From Thermoplasmata archaeon (GTDB lineage: Archaea > Thermoplasmatota > Thermoplasmata > RBG-16-68-12 > JAFNFQ01): a DNA stretch of 61,943 bases. Below, piece by piece: positions 50,201 through 57,136 of this stretch (its first letter is position 1; each line of letters starts with the position of its first letter). A model generated the notes under the pieces. It was not told where the DNA came from, searched no databases, and saw only the letters and a list, made by a program, of their open reading frames with translations. The stretch lies in the NCBI GenBank assembly GCA_041489255.1, contig JBGPQV010000016.1, positions 1 to 61,943 on the forward strand, in the 5' to 3' direction. The position numbers were made by a program, and so were the translations under genes.

Positions 50201-50205
50201 CGCAT
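41263..50205 (-). CDS. Giant (~2980 aa) secreted multidomain protein with a hydrophobic C-terminal domain; candidate toxin or adhesin
   Basis: Signal peptide, Asp-box SxDGG propeller, about 5 FN3, PPC, DTDGDGLSD Ca-binding repeats, 2 LamG, ~340-aa amphipathic/TM tail. Confidence 0.85.
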   Translation of the reverse strand: MRPLSVKLGSLFCVAVMVIVVFQQVQRAGAPADVAGGAGNGAIGEDWESSRPVAFGEGDSLAPSAAAAGDGVLHLAWIDSRTGSNAVYYKRSDDGGDSFTGDRRLSDAGVRPGRPSVAASSDGVHVVVSWDSIVNVNNHTGRAVVFRHSADGGVKWERTTFVEFGSQPRVAFQGDDMILAFLQDDWVNGATYLRVLRLSYSTVTQGPVGDLLSFVTSGSAFSIIVSGVSLHVLWNELIQGRMTILHSSVDLSSGRVDGAHLVSLVTGTLTPDSIAFASFRGRIVAAWSETRSGVARVFAAKSADGGVSWTSSVALTDGKSNARHPELAANATGRLFFVWQDDGLGPWQLYGSVLMDLGIPVRTAVRLSYSKSDAVLPAAAVDSAGHAYLFWQDRRNARSEVYMDGDLALHRPLIGSILVYAGRLPLSSFATPQETSRASFLQLLRDMYPLIAMSEEQAAAMKIRNDIIPRMDGSLGGSGSDDLLVEPEAQRHLAWSFHLMLRELDPPSQSDGTRSGGGWGITADEPLPPDTGFQYSAYAPVFNITVSDITSTTARVDWETDPPNAYATWLNWGPNVTMGNQILAYGPPYNVTISGLTANTTYYYGVQAVLFTTPPPPMWQCYDSFYTGVVIKDMDYYATSASNVTVWWETNLPSTSLVRYNTTEDYGLTATGANGTFHEVNLTGLDPRNTYHVQMESAAISDSALWIRSGDMNFTSHLFIKNFTQAKAAFAGGSYYVKMSWNTTRNATSEVRFGNTTLYGSQVNGTSGKTHNVTLWNLKSATTYFFQARSVGLANANDTDAVAGVPFGTPPISVYNITVNATTSSATISWESNYNGTSVVRCGSTSNYTNNVTGSSGTLHSIAISNLLSNTTYHFRVESTALANANDTATGLDRTFTTKGILVSNVQIPSIGQTTATITWNTNIAGTSVVRYGKNSIWEYTATGANGTSHSVNLAGLLPDTVYKCRAESSTVTNLNDTNVSLMNIFLTAYAPNDAGSGQDAGNSIPFALPIEPGAYTGRIQGLAPPPPPPPPADPYDFYRFIAFGNQTIRAQLVPPPYMDLDLYLYGPNSQMMASSQMRGFGLKETIVFTATTPGLWYLEVRYFATNGPLFGYYGLTFNVTGGGPDRLVRDVGAQAGSQGDAILLGNLPGLSIDSTTGWGQPARWNGQSRGTFWNMNNNPWYRNASANAVFYLNLYRNSHEKYTDYLLTFQYYASADSNLSVYNGAGWVNVTTLPGKANWWTWSFVLDHTMFYDKLPSTFGINVAMRFSSPVKVDNISAVAYGYSTYVGHGSDDSDALFHSPGILTGPGWADTGNGYKNGLNHSELILNIPDTGATYNVDFRFKGDVTSLSVEQYTGTAWVEIARLVSFSTDNHFNTNQSAYYDAYPFVPGMNVLVRFVAYAVNEFSYASMHIVRWFDEVGVTGDNFLWLHDPGMSLYPNGQWDPITILDGRLVRQAQPGAEVYLSAPLIDSGYVVYLTYKAMATGHVEQWHDGAYEILGDTLGDSQWHTGTYRTNASFYRDYYGSAQLNVMLHFTVQLFVDRMWAEPDQDGDHQTEYGETQSYPSQTLPNGTPPISFNFPAYTSGTYRFEGRSRGDFDQSNSGYQFSEQDFYVNNTLVQVVIGAFEQNHKIGHLEEDVWINKTSVPPGWQRDFSFDVSFCSGPKTMKVERTGLPSEIAYWQYTRIESWTKSNDTDGDGLSDYDEACVYHTAVNDPDTDRDGLTDYDELYSFQYRNNSAPGYLANVTMNITVNAFARYSFSIRTTALAQGGSVSAQVYVDGQQKVTKNTSNGWSNQSFNFVSSMAKGMHSLQIQRGSGLGKVWVFEAEVDRVEITSPLYPDTDKDGLSDGGEVKGLTGFYTSPTIADTDGDKVPDGNETKVLRTDPTKKDTDGDGFNDGVDLDPLHDLIVQVTVKQLYGVDDCPEQYTCTAWSEVGVNGKYTIGSEAPINSLRERPAHYLAVNVPDDRKWAMVVISAFRNDPNGQVQIDLTRDASRSVIVNFTVGDNKLWGYSYGTDTPPAPTATLYYEIRTVKFGKVNTVLMTPTDWSTVQNGSTGAHRFVGEQRFAVININTMDAGGAEAYWNMEQKETIGTTVYYKDLTGHGHRAGWGTLPQVQGYWGYGVHLEDGNNWLETSDNPKLHFKDEMTISFWVMPHVDYHTGDSAKWYWAVGKKDAWRIGWLGSTNGLRFEIKNGSQDYIVDSPTVVPLDQGSWYHITAEYDGMNMTIYLGNSVLVSQMKGAFWIGENSEPVQIGRDWDGSCFDGVVDEVALYGRALSNGEVGIVNTKIVDLDMDTRLKNNDVDAAGILGYEDLSGHGNYARAEGASVVTDVRPVEGQRGLAVQVLNDARLMVSEGAGVGVTKLTLSVRLQWLGGNVIQTVAYAEGLQNGLWVGLYSMSVAGPAGTVRYALRRESGALTTIYPPNVKLPPNEWHVATLTYDGQYSIFYIDGEKMHTYDWGSPASLATFDSTRLCIARCASDALFNGFFDDLTLWNRSLSQGEIRALNYLDRGLNGIVVPRGLFMQSEFFASMNSSDGSAFHPGNPLLGSTIMGNDNPRELNARVVQQLVAANLTLAEAWTWILKLQRNSTGMDTSFPLVVTDEIYTIGFDQALMNVLPNMTVENSGNHSVPPPPIRKPSYWELLWNSFTGLVSAVWNAVVAVCTFIANVVAAVVKWGIGLAMAIAEGKGLEYIYDTVVKPFVDAILAFVKWIIDFVMAVLTAAVRFLLESITNILKEALSSISGGLIRMYESFENNADFLVAAIAVSAAIFSLAVALAALPLIVRAAEIVFKAVTLGFAWLVSKIATQTFLDFVIQFLAGITLACSLSMITVEILTTVSWMTNATLGLLSGLGIASSMMARAGSMIAYSLGGLSSSMSTANEFMKRWIGFGISVVALLLLMQSALMPQKGPAKMCVDFATLAVSIFGLFYYVKWSQSDAMETMDWLSDIAKMLEKIITFSSPFVILALIGVRWATGGYNG

Positions 50206-51303
50206 TCTTCCTCCTCTCCATTGCGGCGGCCCACTCCGCATTTTGCCGCGGGGGGCACAAGAGCCACGCGGTTTATAATGCTTTGCCCGACAAGTTCCGC
50301 AAGAGCCCTGAAACCGATTCTCATGAAGGCGCCTGGAGTACCGGTGAAGAAGGCCACGCCCCTCGCTGCGGCTAACGCCTTTAAATCCTTATCAGACAAG
50401 GCAATCGCGTTGCCATTGCGCTACGGCTGGCAACGGGAGTTGCGTTCCTCCTATACGCTGGCGCATTCCTCTTCCAGGAAGTGATTGCACGCGTGACGGG
50501 TTGGACCATGGAGAGAACCCCTGGCAGGGCGAAACGTAGGAGGAAGCGCTGAGGGAGTCAAAGAACGCCCTTCAATCGAAAGGGACATTCCTAGCAATGG
50601 TGGCGGCCCACCTACAGCGACGCACATCACGGAAGGCCTTTGAGACTGAGAACGAACTGGCATTGAAAGGTGGTAAATGGCCCGAAACAGACCTGTGCAG
50701 TGTATCATGACGGCCTCCCGATTGTCACCGCATGCATTCTCTTGCCTAGTCAGCACCGCTGAAAACCACCCCAGCGATCGAGATATTGGATTTCCGAGAC
50801 ATCCGGAGGAATCCAAGTCCTTTCAACTTACTCTCGGCGGTTTCATTTAACGATTGTCAATGCGACAGTAGGTTCAGACCGCCCGGCTTCTGCAAAACGA
50901 CCCAGCTCATCTGCGCCCACTGTGTGCATCCGATGCGGTGAGTCAAGGGAGAACATCGTCCGCAACGCTATCATCGCCGATAGCCTTGCCGAAAACAACC
51001 TCAATCTTCCCCAGTTCGCTTTTTCGGGATGACGTACACGATCTCCATCGTGGGGGCTGCAAAGTTCTCGTACGTCACCATGGCGACTCCTCAAAGGGAA
51101 TTTTCCTTGCAGCCGAATTCTCCCTCAGCCATCTTCTCTACCCCGTGACGGTCCACTTTTGGGATGCAGCGACGCTCAAGACCGCCCGAGATGAAGACGG
51201 AGTCTCCCTGCGGCGATTACTGAATTGTGAGAGGGGTGAGCCGATCTGGAGTATCACGAACCCTCCGCAAGGATTATGACCGAGTCCGTGGTGGCATGCT
51301 GCG

Positions 51304-52137
51304 ATGCCGTCCCGCGCGGTCAAGGAACACTACGACATCAAGGGCGAGGAGGAGTGGGAGCGCCTCGAAAAGGATGCCTACCACCGCTTGGAGTGGCTGA
51401 CGACCGTCCGTTTCCTCGAGAGGTATCTGCCCGGTAGCGGGACGGTTCTAGACGCTGGCGGCGGACCGGGACGCTACGCGATCTTCCTGGCGAAGCGGGG
51501 CTTGCGGGTTGTTCTCCTCGACCTTTCCGGGGTGCAGCTTGGGATTGCACGGCGGAAGGTGGCCGAGGCAGGCGTCGCTCCGGGAGCTGTCGACTACGTC
51601 GAAGGCGCCCTACCCGACCTTTCGAGATTTCCCGAGCAGCACTTCGATGCCGTGCTCTGTCTGGGCCCCCTGTCCCATCTAGTCGAGGAAGCGGATCGCG
51701 CCGCAGCGGTCGAGGAACTCGTGCGAGTCACCAAGAAAGGAGGACCCCTATTCGTGTCCGTCATCGGCCGGTACGCCGTGCACAGGACTGTCCTGCAAGA
51801 TCCCGCGAAACACTCGGAACTCCTAGCGGCGGACCACCGGGACACGTTCGAAAAAGGCATCCACCGCGACCATCCCCCGCGACCGACTCATCGCCTCGTC
51901 GAAGGCTACTACTTCCTCCCGGACGAGCTTCGAAAGTCATTCGAGGGTTGCGGGGTCGAAACCCTCGCCGTCGCCTCGTGTGAGGGCTTGGCCGACCACC
52001 TCCAAGAGCCGTTGGCCCGGCTGGCCCAAAATGAGCAGCTGTGGGCCCGATGGTTGGAACTCCACTGGCAGACCTGCACGGACCCTTCCATCCTGGGGGC
52101 GGGTGAGCACATCCTCTTCGTTGGTCGGAAGCGATAG
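51304..52137 (+). CDS. Class I SAM-dependent methyltransferase
   Basis: VLDAGGGPGRY, LLDLS, FDAVLCLGPL. Confidence 0.9.
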   Translation: MPSRAVKEHYDIKGEEEWERLEKDAYHRLEWLTTVRFLERYLPGSGTVLDAGGGPGRYAIFLAKRGLRVVLLDLSGVQLGIARRKVAEAGVAPGAVDYVEGALPDLSRFPEQHFDAVLCLGPLSHLVEEADRAAAVEELVRVTKKGGPLFVSVIGRYAVHRTVLQDPAKHSELLAADHRDTFEKGIHRDHPPRPTHRLVEGYYFLPDELRKSFEGCGVETLAVASCEGLADHLQEPLARLAQNEQLWARWLELHWQTCTDPSILGAGEHILFVGRKR

Positions 52138-52256
52138 GGACAACGGCCGGGGGATTCGTGTGGACGTTCCTTGGCGGTTCACCGCCAGTCCCCTTGCTGG
52201 AGCGTATGGGGTCTGAATGGCAATGTCGATTCTGCATCAACTTCGCCCTGAAAACG

Positions 52257-55200
52257 CTAGACAGCGGACTTCTCCTTGTCTCCGAGAGACTTCCTCGTCG
52301 TCCTCAGGAGCGAGAACAGCAGTCCGACTGCTAGGATGGCGCTGTCCACGCCAGTCCCCCATCCGACGAGGGGAGGTATCCTGAGAGGCTCGAAGTAGAT
52401 GGAGATGAGGCCTGTGGCCGCCTCCGCCGAAATGAACGGCAAGGCCAGAACGGCCCAGGAAAGGAGGAACCTCTTTCTCTGGCCATTGCCCCAGGGCAGT
52501 GGGCGCTTTCTCGCTGAGTATGCTGCCGCAAAGATCAGGATGACGGAAAAGAGCAGGGCGACCAAAGGCTTGTAGTTGAACTCCACACGTCCCTCCGGAG
52601 GCGTCTCAGATCCGACCACTTCCACCGGGAGGCTCTTCTCGACCGAGTTGTTCAGGTTGTCCGATGACCTGTACTCTATCAGGTGATGCCCTATGCCCAA
52701 GGTGAACGAGGAGGAGTATGGAGTCCAATCTCCGCCGTCTGTCCTGTACTCCACTGATGCGACACCGCTTCCTTGTCCGTCGTCTGCGGAGATGGTGAAG
52801 TGAGTGTTCACAAGGACGGTCGACTCCTCTGGATCGATCGAGAGGGATGGGGCAGCGTTGTCCAAGACGAGGGTGACGTTCTGGACTGCTTCCCTGTTCC
52901 CGAGGAAGTCGAACGAGAGAAATTCGACGAACCACATCCCGTCTCTTCCTACTAGGCTGAAGGAGGAAGTGTACTCCCGCCACTGAGACCAAGTCCCGTT
53001 CCAGAGGCGGTAGAATGTCGAGTTGGTGCCGACAGGCATCAATCCGCCATCATCTGCATGAAGAGTCAGGGGAGTGGATGACTTGGTGAAGTTACCGCCG
53101 ACCAGGTACTTCGGGTCGCCGATTGATAAGGTTGTGGCGGGAGGAGTGTTATCGACCCTCAGCACCCGCCACGAGATGTCCTCGACGTTGCCGACATTGT
53201 CCTCGGAGTAGTACTCGACGTAGTGATTGCCCTCGCCGGAGAGGAAGAACGAGAATGAGTGTTCAATCCACGTGACGTTGTCTATCCTGTACCAGGTGTG
53301 GTTGATGCCCGAGCTGCTTTGGTCCAAGGCGGAGAGGTCGAGGGGGGTGGAGGACCTGACGTATGCTGTTGCGGCGATGTAGTTGGGCTGACCGATGACG
53401 AGTGAGGTGACCGGGCCGGGCACGACGTTGAATGTCCAAGTATAGTTGTTGTTTGTCTCGTTCGACTCGGTCATGTTGTCATAGTAGTCGACGTTCGCAA
53501 CGACGCGACAGGTGCAGGGTGTGGCGGGAGATGTCCAGTTAGCGGTGAAGGGGCCTGAGATGATTCCGGCAGGGATGGACGGTATCTCCGCCGTGAAGAA
53601 CGGGGAGGAGGGCCGCGATTCGTTGTAGAAAGCAAGGGTGGAGGTGACGTTTTCGAAGCCTCCTGCGTTCAGCACCTCGATGGACATCTGGAGGGGCAGA
53701 GAGAGGCCGATGGTGGCGGGCGAAGACGGGAGTAGACTAACGGGCGCATAGTCCGGCGGGACCCGATAGCCTGCAATCGCCTCCGCGTAGTCCTTCCTTC
53801 CCTCGACGTTCCTCGCCACGTCACGGGCAATCGTGTGGAACTTGTAGTGGCCCTCGCCATCGGGGAATGGGAACGTCCAGGACCAAGGTCCCGCCGTCTT
53901 CGTTTCAAGGGGGGTCCACAGAGTCCACGATGAGTTGTCAAGAGGAGCATATGAATAGAGCATGGTTACTTCCGCGACTCCGCTCAGGCTGTCTGTGGCG
54001 GTGGCGTTGACGACCATGGGAGGGGAGCTGTACCAGTATGGTGATGTCGGCAGTGCCGCGGAGACTGGCGGTGTGATGTCGTAGCCCGCGATTGAGTCAG
54101 CGGACAGAGGAGGAGGTTCGGTGTTGCCTACGTTGTCCACAGAGGTAGTGTAGAACTCGTAGTATCCCTCTCCATCTGGAAATGTGAATGACCATGACCA
54201 AGGAGCCGAAGCAAGAGTGGAGTACTGTGTCCACAATCCCCAGGTCGAGTTGTCAACGCTTTGGCGGTACCATAGTGTGACGCTGGCGACGCCGGAGCAG
54301 GAGTCCGACGCCGATGCGTCCACGACCAACGGGGACGAGTTGCGCCAGTACATGCCCGTCAGTGTGGCGGACGACGAGGGCGGCGTGGCGTCAAGACCCC
54401 CACGGTAGGCGTATCGCAGTTCAGATGCCGTGGCGTTTATCCACTCGTAGGCGATGTGCACGCCGTCGCACCCGTCCACTGCGATTGAAAGAGGATACCA
54501 AGTGCCTTCCTGGGTGTCGACTGTCGCCAGAACCCAACTCATGCCGTTCCACTCCGCATAGTACAGGAGGGGAGGAGGAGTGTTGTGTTCTCCGGCAGTG
54601 TATGCGATGTGTGGCCGATTCAGGGTATCGACGGCTATGCTCGAATACGTTCCACGCCACGGGTAATCCACCGATTGAGCCATCCACCCCAAGAGTCCGC
54701 GGGTTGCATACTCGAGCCGATCGTCCGGTGTCACCCTCCTGAAGGATACGTGTGGTGTCTGGGTGGAGTCCAGAACCATCGAGGGTAAGTCCCCAGTTTC
54801 TCCGCCGCCGATGATGTGCTCAACAACCTCGTCCACCCATGAGGACCCGCTCCAATAGGCAAAATGCAGAGCATAGTTTGAATACGCGATTCGCGGGCGA
54901 TCCGAGGAGTCCAAGGCCAGCGAGAGACCGAATTGACCAGTGTAAGATCCGAACGTATCGAGAGAACTCAATGTCGAGATATCCCACCCAGTCCCGTTGT
55001 GAATCGCGTACCTAATCGACCAGTTTACCGCCAAAGGAGCGACCCACTGGTACGCTATGTGAGGCCTGTCAAGCGAGTCTATCGCCAGGCTTGGCTGGTA
55101 GCCCACGTTGCCCTGATTGTCAACTACCTCGTAGTACCAAATCCCGCCCTCCTTGTGCGAGTACTTCAGGACTTGGTTCACTTCATCCCTGTACGCGACG

Positions 55201-55574
55201 TGCGGCTGGTCTTGCGAGTCGAGCGCCAAGGAGACCTTCTCGCCCAGGATCACCGACGGGTCCGCGGTCTCAAACTGCCAGGTGGATCCGGTCCACGAGG
55301 CGTAACGCAGCTCGTAACCTCCAGGCTTTGCGGCACCGAACGCGATATGGGGCCTGCCCAAGCTGTCCAGCTTGAGCGAGGGGAAGAATCCTGCAGCTTG
55401 GTCGCCGCTCCCACCAGCCAATACCTGTATGTTCCATCCCGCAGCGCTGACGTTTGGCGACACGATGGAGAACATCACAAACACGCTGGATGAGACCATG
55501 ATCAATGCGATCACAAACGCCCCGAAAAGCGAGTGAACCCTCCTGCGTTCCCTTCGATTCGCCAAACCACCCAT
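52257..55574 (-). CDS. Surface protein C: beta-propeller, 2 Ig-like, CARDB-like, 3 OmpL47-like units, NYKP anchor
   Basis: Same module types as proteins A and B; C-terminal FNYKPLVALLF...AEAATG...IPPLVGWGTGVD. Confidence 0.85.
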   Translation of the reverse strand: MGGLANRRERRRVHSLFGAFVIALIMVSSSVFVMFSIVSPNVSAAGWNIQVLAGGSGDQAAGFFPSLKLDSLGRPHIAFGAAKPGGYELRYASWTGSTWQFETADPSVILGEKVSLALDSQDQPHVAYRDEVNQVLKYSHKEGGIWYYEVVDNQGNVGYQPSLAIDSLDRPHIAYQWVAPLAVNWSIRYAIHNGTGWDISTLSSLDTFGSYTGQFGLSLALDSSDRPRIAYSNYALHFAYWSGSSWVDEVVEHIIGGGETGDLPSMVLDSTQTPHVSFRRVTPDDRLEYATRGLLGWMAQSVDYPWRGTYSSIAVDTLNRPHIAYTAGEHNTPPPLLYYAEWNGMSWVLATVDTQEGTWYPLSIAVDGCDGVHIAYEWINATASELRYAYRGGLDATPPSSSATLTGMYWRNSSPLVVDASASDSCSGVASVTLWYRQSVDNSTWGLWTQYSTLASAPWSWSFTFPDGEGYYEFYTTSVDNVGNTEPPPLSADSIAGYDITPPVSAALPTSPYWYSSPPMVVNATATDSLSGVAEVTMLYSYAPLDNSSWTLWTPLETKTAGPWSWTFPFPDGEGHYKFHTIARDVARNVEGRKDYAEAIAGYRVPPDYAPVSLLPSSPATIGLSLPLQMSIEVLNAGGFENVTSTLAFYNESRPSSPFFTAEIPSIPAGIISGPFTANWTSPATPCTCRVVANVDYYDNMTESNETNNNYTWTFNVVPGPVTSLVIGQPNYIAATAYVRSSTPLDLSALDQSSSGINHTWYRIDNVTWIEHSFSFFLSGEGNHYVEYYSEDNVGNVEDISWRVLRVDNTPPATTLSIGDPKYLVGGNFTKSSTPLTLHADDGGLMPVGTNSTFYRLWNGTWSQWREYTSSFSLVGRDGMWFVEFLSFDFLGNREAVQNVTLVLDNAAPSLSIDPEESTVLVNTHFTISADDGQGSGVASVEYRTDGGDWTPYSSSFTLGIGHHLIEYRSSDNLNNSVEKSLPVEVVGSETPPEGRVEFNYKPLVALLFSVILIFAAAYSARKRPLPWGNGQRKRFLLSWAVLALPFISAEAATGLISIYFEPLRIPPLVGWGTGVDSAILAVGLLFSLLRTTRKSLGDKEKSAV

Positions 55575-55654
55575 TCCTCTCTGGTTTATTGTCACGCCTT
55601 CTTAGACGATAAAAGTATTGGCGGGAGGCAGTGAAAACCGCCCCCCGGGGCAGG

Positions 55655-56995
55655 CTAGGTGTGCCAGACCCTCAGCTCGCCTCTGTCGTTCCCGCCATCG
55701 TATGCCCGACCACCCGAGACTATCTCGATGGCGCTACCGGAATCGGCGTTCGCAGCGAAGACCGAATTGACACGCGTGTGGCTTGTGGTGTACCAGTGCG
55801 CGGAATCTAGGAGCGTAATGGTGTCGCTAGGTTGAGTCCAGTTCAGGACCAGAATCTCCCCGTTGTATGTTCCCCTCGTCGTCGTGTTCCAGCCCCCCGT
55901 CACCATCTCGGTGTAAGTGTCACCGTTCACATCCTTCGCGTAGACGGACCTACAGACTGTTTCGACGCCACTGTCCCACCAATATTGCTTCTCTTGGGTC
56001 AGACCACCGATGCCCTTGCTGTAGACCCACACTTTTCCTCTGTTTTCGTTGATACCTCCGCTTGAATAGTAGTAGTACCCGCAGACGACTATCTCTGGGG
56101 CCGAGGTTGCCCCGCCCACGTCCGCATCATAGACTCCGTACCACACCGCGTCTTGGTTCGGATTCTCGTACCACGGGTCGCTTGCTTCAGTGACGAGGCC
56201 CGCTCCCGTATAGTTCCACACTCTCAGCTCGGCCACCTTTGGACTTGCCGTGGAGTCACGAGTGTATCCTGCGGTCATGATCTCCACGACGTTGTCCGCG
56301 TCCACATCCAGCGCGTGCACGGAGTAGGCGATGACATCATCTCCAGAAGTCCATGTGACTTCAGCGCCCCTCCCTAGCGTCGTGTTGTCATACCCGTAGA
56401 ACAGGAGGTATCCCTGATGGACGCCTGTGGCGGAATTGTACTGGTCCCCAGCCACCACGACCTCTGGATCTGAGTCCCCAATAAGGTTCACGGTATACAC
56501 TGACCGGAATGCACCGGTGACAGCTTCAGTCACGTTGCTCACGCCGGTGAGACTGCTTCCATCATAGTGCCAGATCGAGATCAATGGCTCTATTATGGTC
56601 GTGTTTCCGGAGTATCCGACAGCCAAGATCTCGATGCTTCCGTTCGAGTCCAGGTCGGCCGCATAGACGGCCAGGTACACGTTGACCGTAGCAGTCCCCC
56701 AGGCGCACAGCTCGCTGTCTCTCAAGTTCAAGGCGCTTCCGTTGAACTCGTAGACCCGTATCTGGGCCTTGACAATTGCCGGACTTCCGGAAACCGCTTC
56801 TCCAACGGTCACTATTTCCGGACCGCTCGTCCCGCCGACATTCCCCACGAATGTCCCGTGCACTATTGTGTCTCCGCTCTCTTCCCAGGTCGTGGAGGCC
56901 TGCAGGGAGAGGGCGCTCACTGGGAGCGCGGCCATCACAAGGATGGCAGCAACCCCCAGGCTCACGAACAACCCTATCCTCTTCCTGTCGTACAT
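55655..56995 (-). CDS. Secreted FG-GAP/VCBS-like beta-propeller protein
   Basis: Signal peptide; about 7 repeats of V.A.D.D....EI...G....E(L/I)RVW; no anchor. Confidence 0.8.
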   Translation of the reverse strand: MYDRKRIGLFVSLGVAAILVMAALPVSALSLQASTTWEESGDTIVHGTFVGNVGGTSGPEIVTVGEAVSGSPAIVKAQIRVYEFNGSALNLRDSELCAWGTATVNVYLAVYAADLDSNGSIEILAVGYSGNTTIIEPLISIWHYDGSSLTGVSNVTEAVTGAFRSVYTVNLIGDSDPEVVVAGDQYNSATGVHQGYLLFYGYDNTTLGRGAEVTWTSGDDVIAYSVHALDVDADNVVEIMTAGYTRDSTASPKVAELRVWNYTGAGLVTEASDPWYENPNQDAVWYGVYDADVGGATSAPEIVVCGYYYYSSGGINENRGKVWVYSKGIGGLTQEKQYWWDSGVETVCRSVYAKDVNGDTYTEMVTGGWNTTTRGTYNGEILVLNWTQPSDTITLLDSAHWYTTSHTRVNSVFAANADSGSAIEIVSGGRAYDGGNDRGELRVWHT

Positions 56996-57005
56996 GTTTT
57001 TCACC

Positions 57006-57025
57006 GCCGAGTCGAAAGGCTCGGC
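57006..57025. promoter_or_regulatory. Stem-loop next to the RBS of the propeller gene
   Basis: GCCGAGTC-GAAA-GGCTCGGC, adjacent to the minus-strand GGTGA at 57001-57005. Confidence 0.5.
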
Positions 57026-57058
57026 TGATACGCATCATGTACCTTCTATATGTGCGCA

Positions 57059-57101
57059 CGTTTGTACAGAATCTCCGACAGTGAGCGAATCAGTACAAAC
57101 G
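57059..57101. promoter_or_regulatory. Dyad operator candidate between divergent TATA-like boxes
   Basis: CGTTTGTAC (57059-57067) and GTACAAACG (57093-57101) are a perfect 9-bp inverted repeat that extends imperfectly inward; flanked by CTATATG and CATATAC. Confidence 0.6.
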
Positions 57102-57136
57102 CAAGCTCATATACTCGGACCATTCGTGGCGAGTAC

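Noticed and set aside
50242-51300. Short ORFs upstream of the giant gene
   Set aside because: No recognisable motif or consistent coding frame; may be decayed sequence.
32879-55574. Diversity-generating retroelement or shufflon behind the repeated modules
   Set aside because: No reverse transcriptase or adjacent invertase, and copy differences are not adenine-specific.
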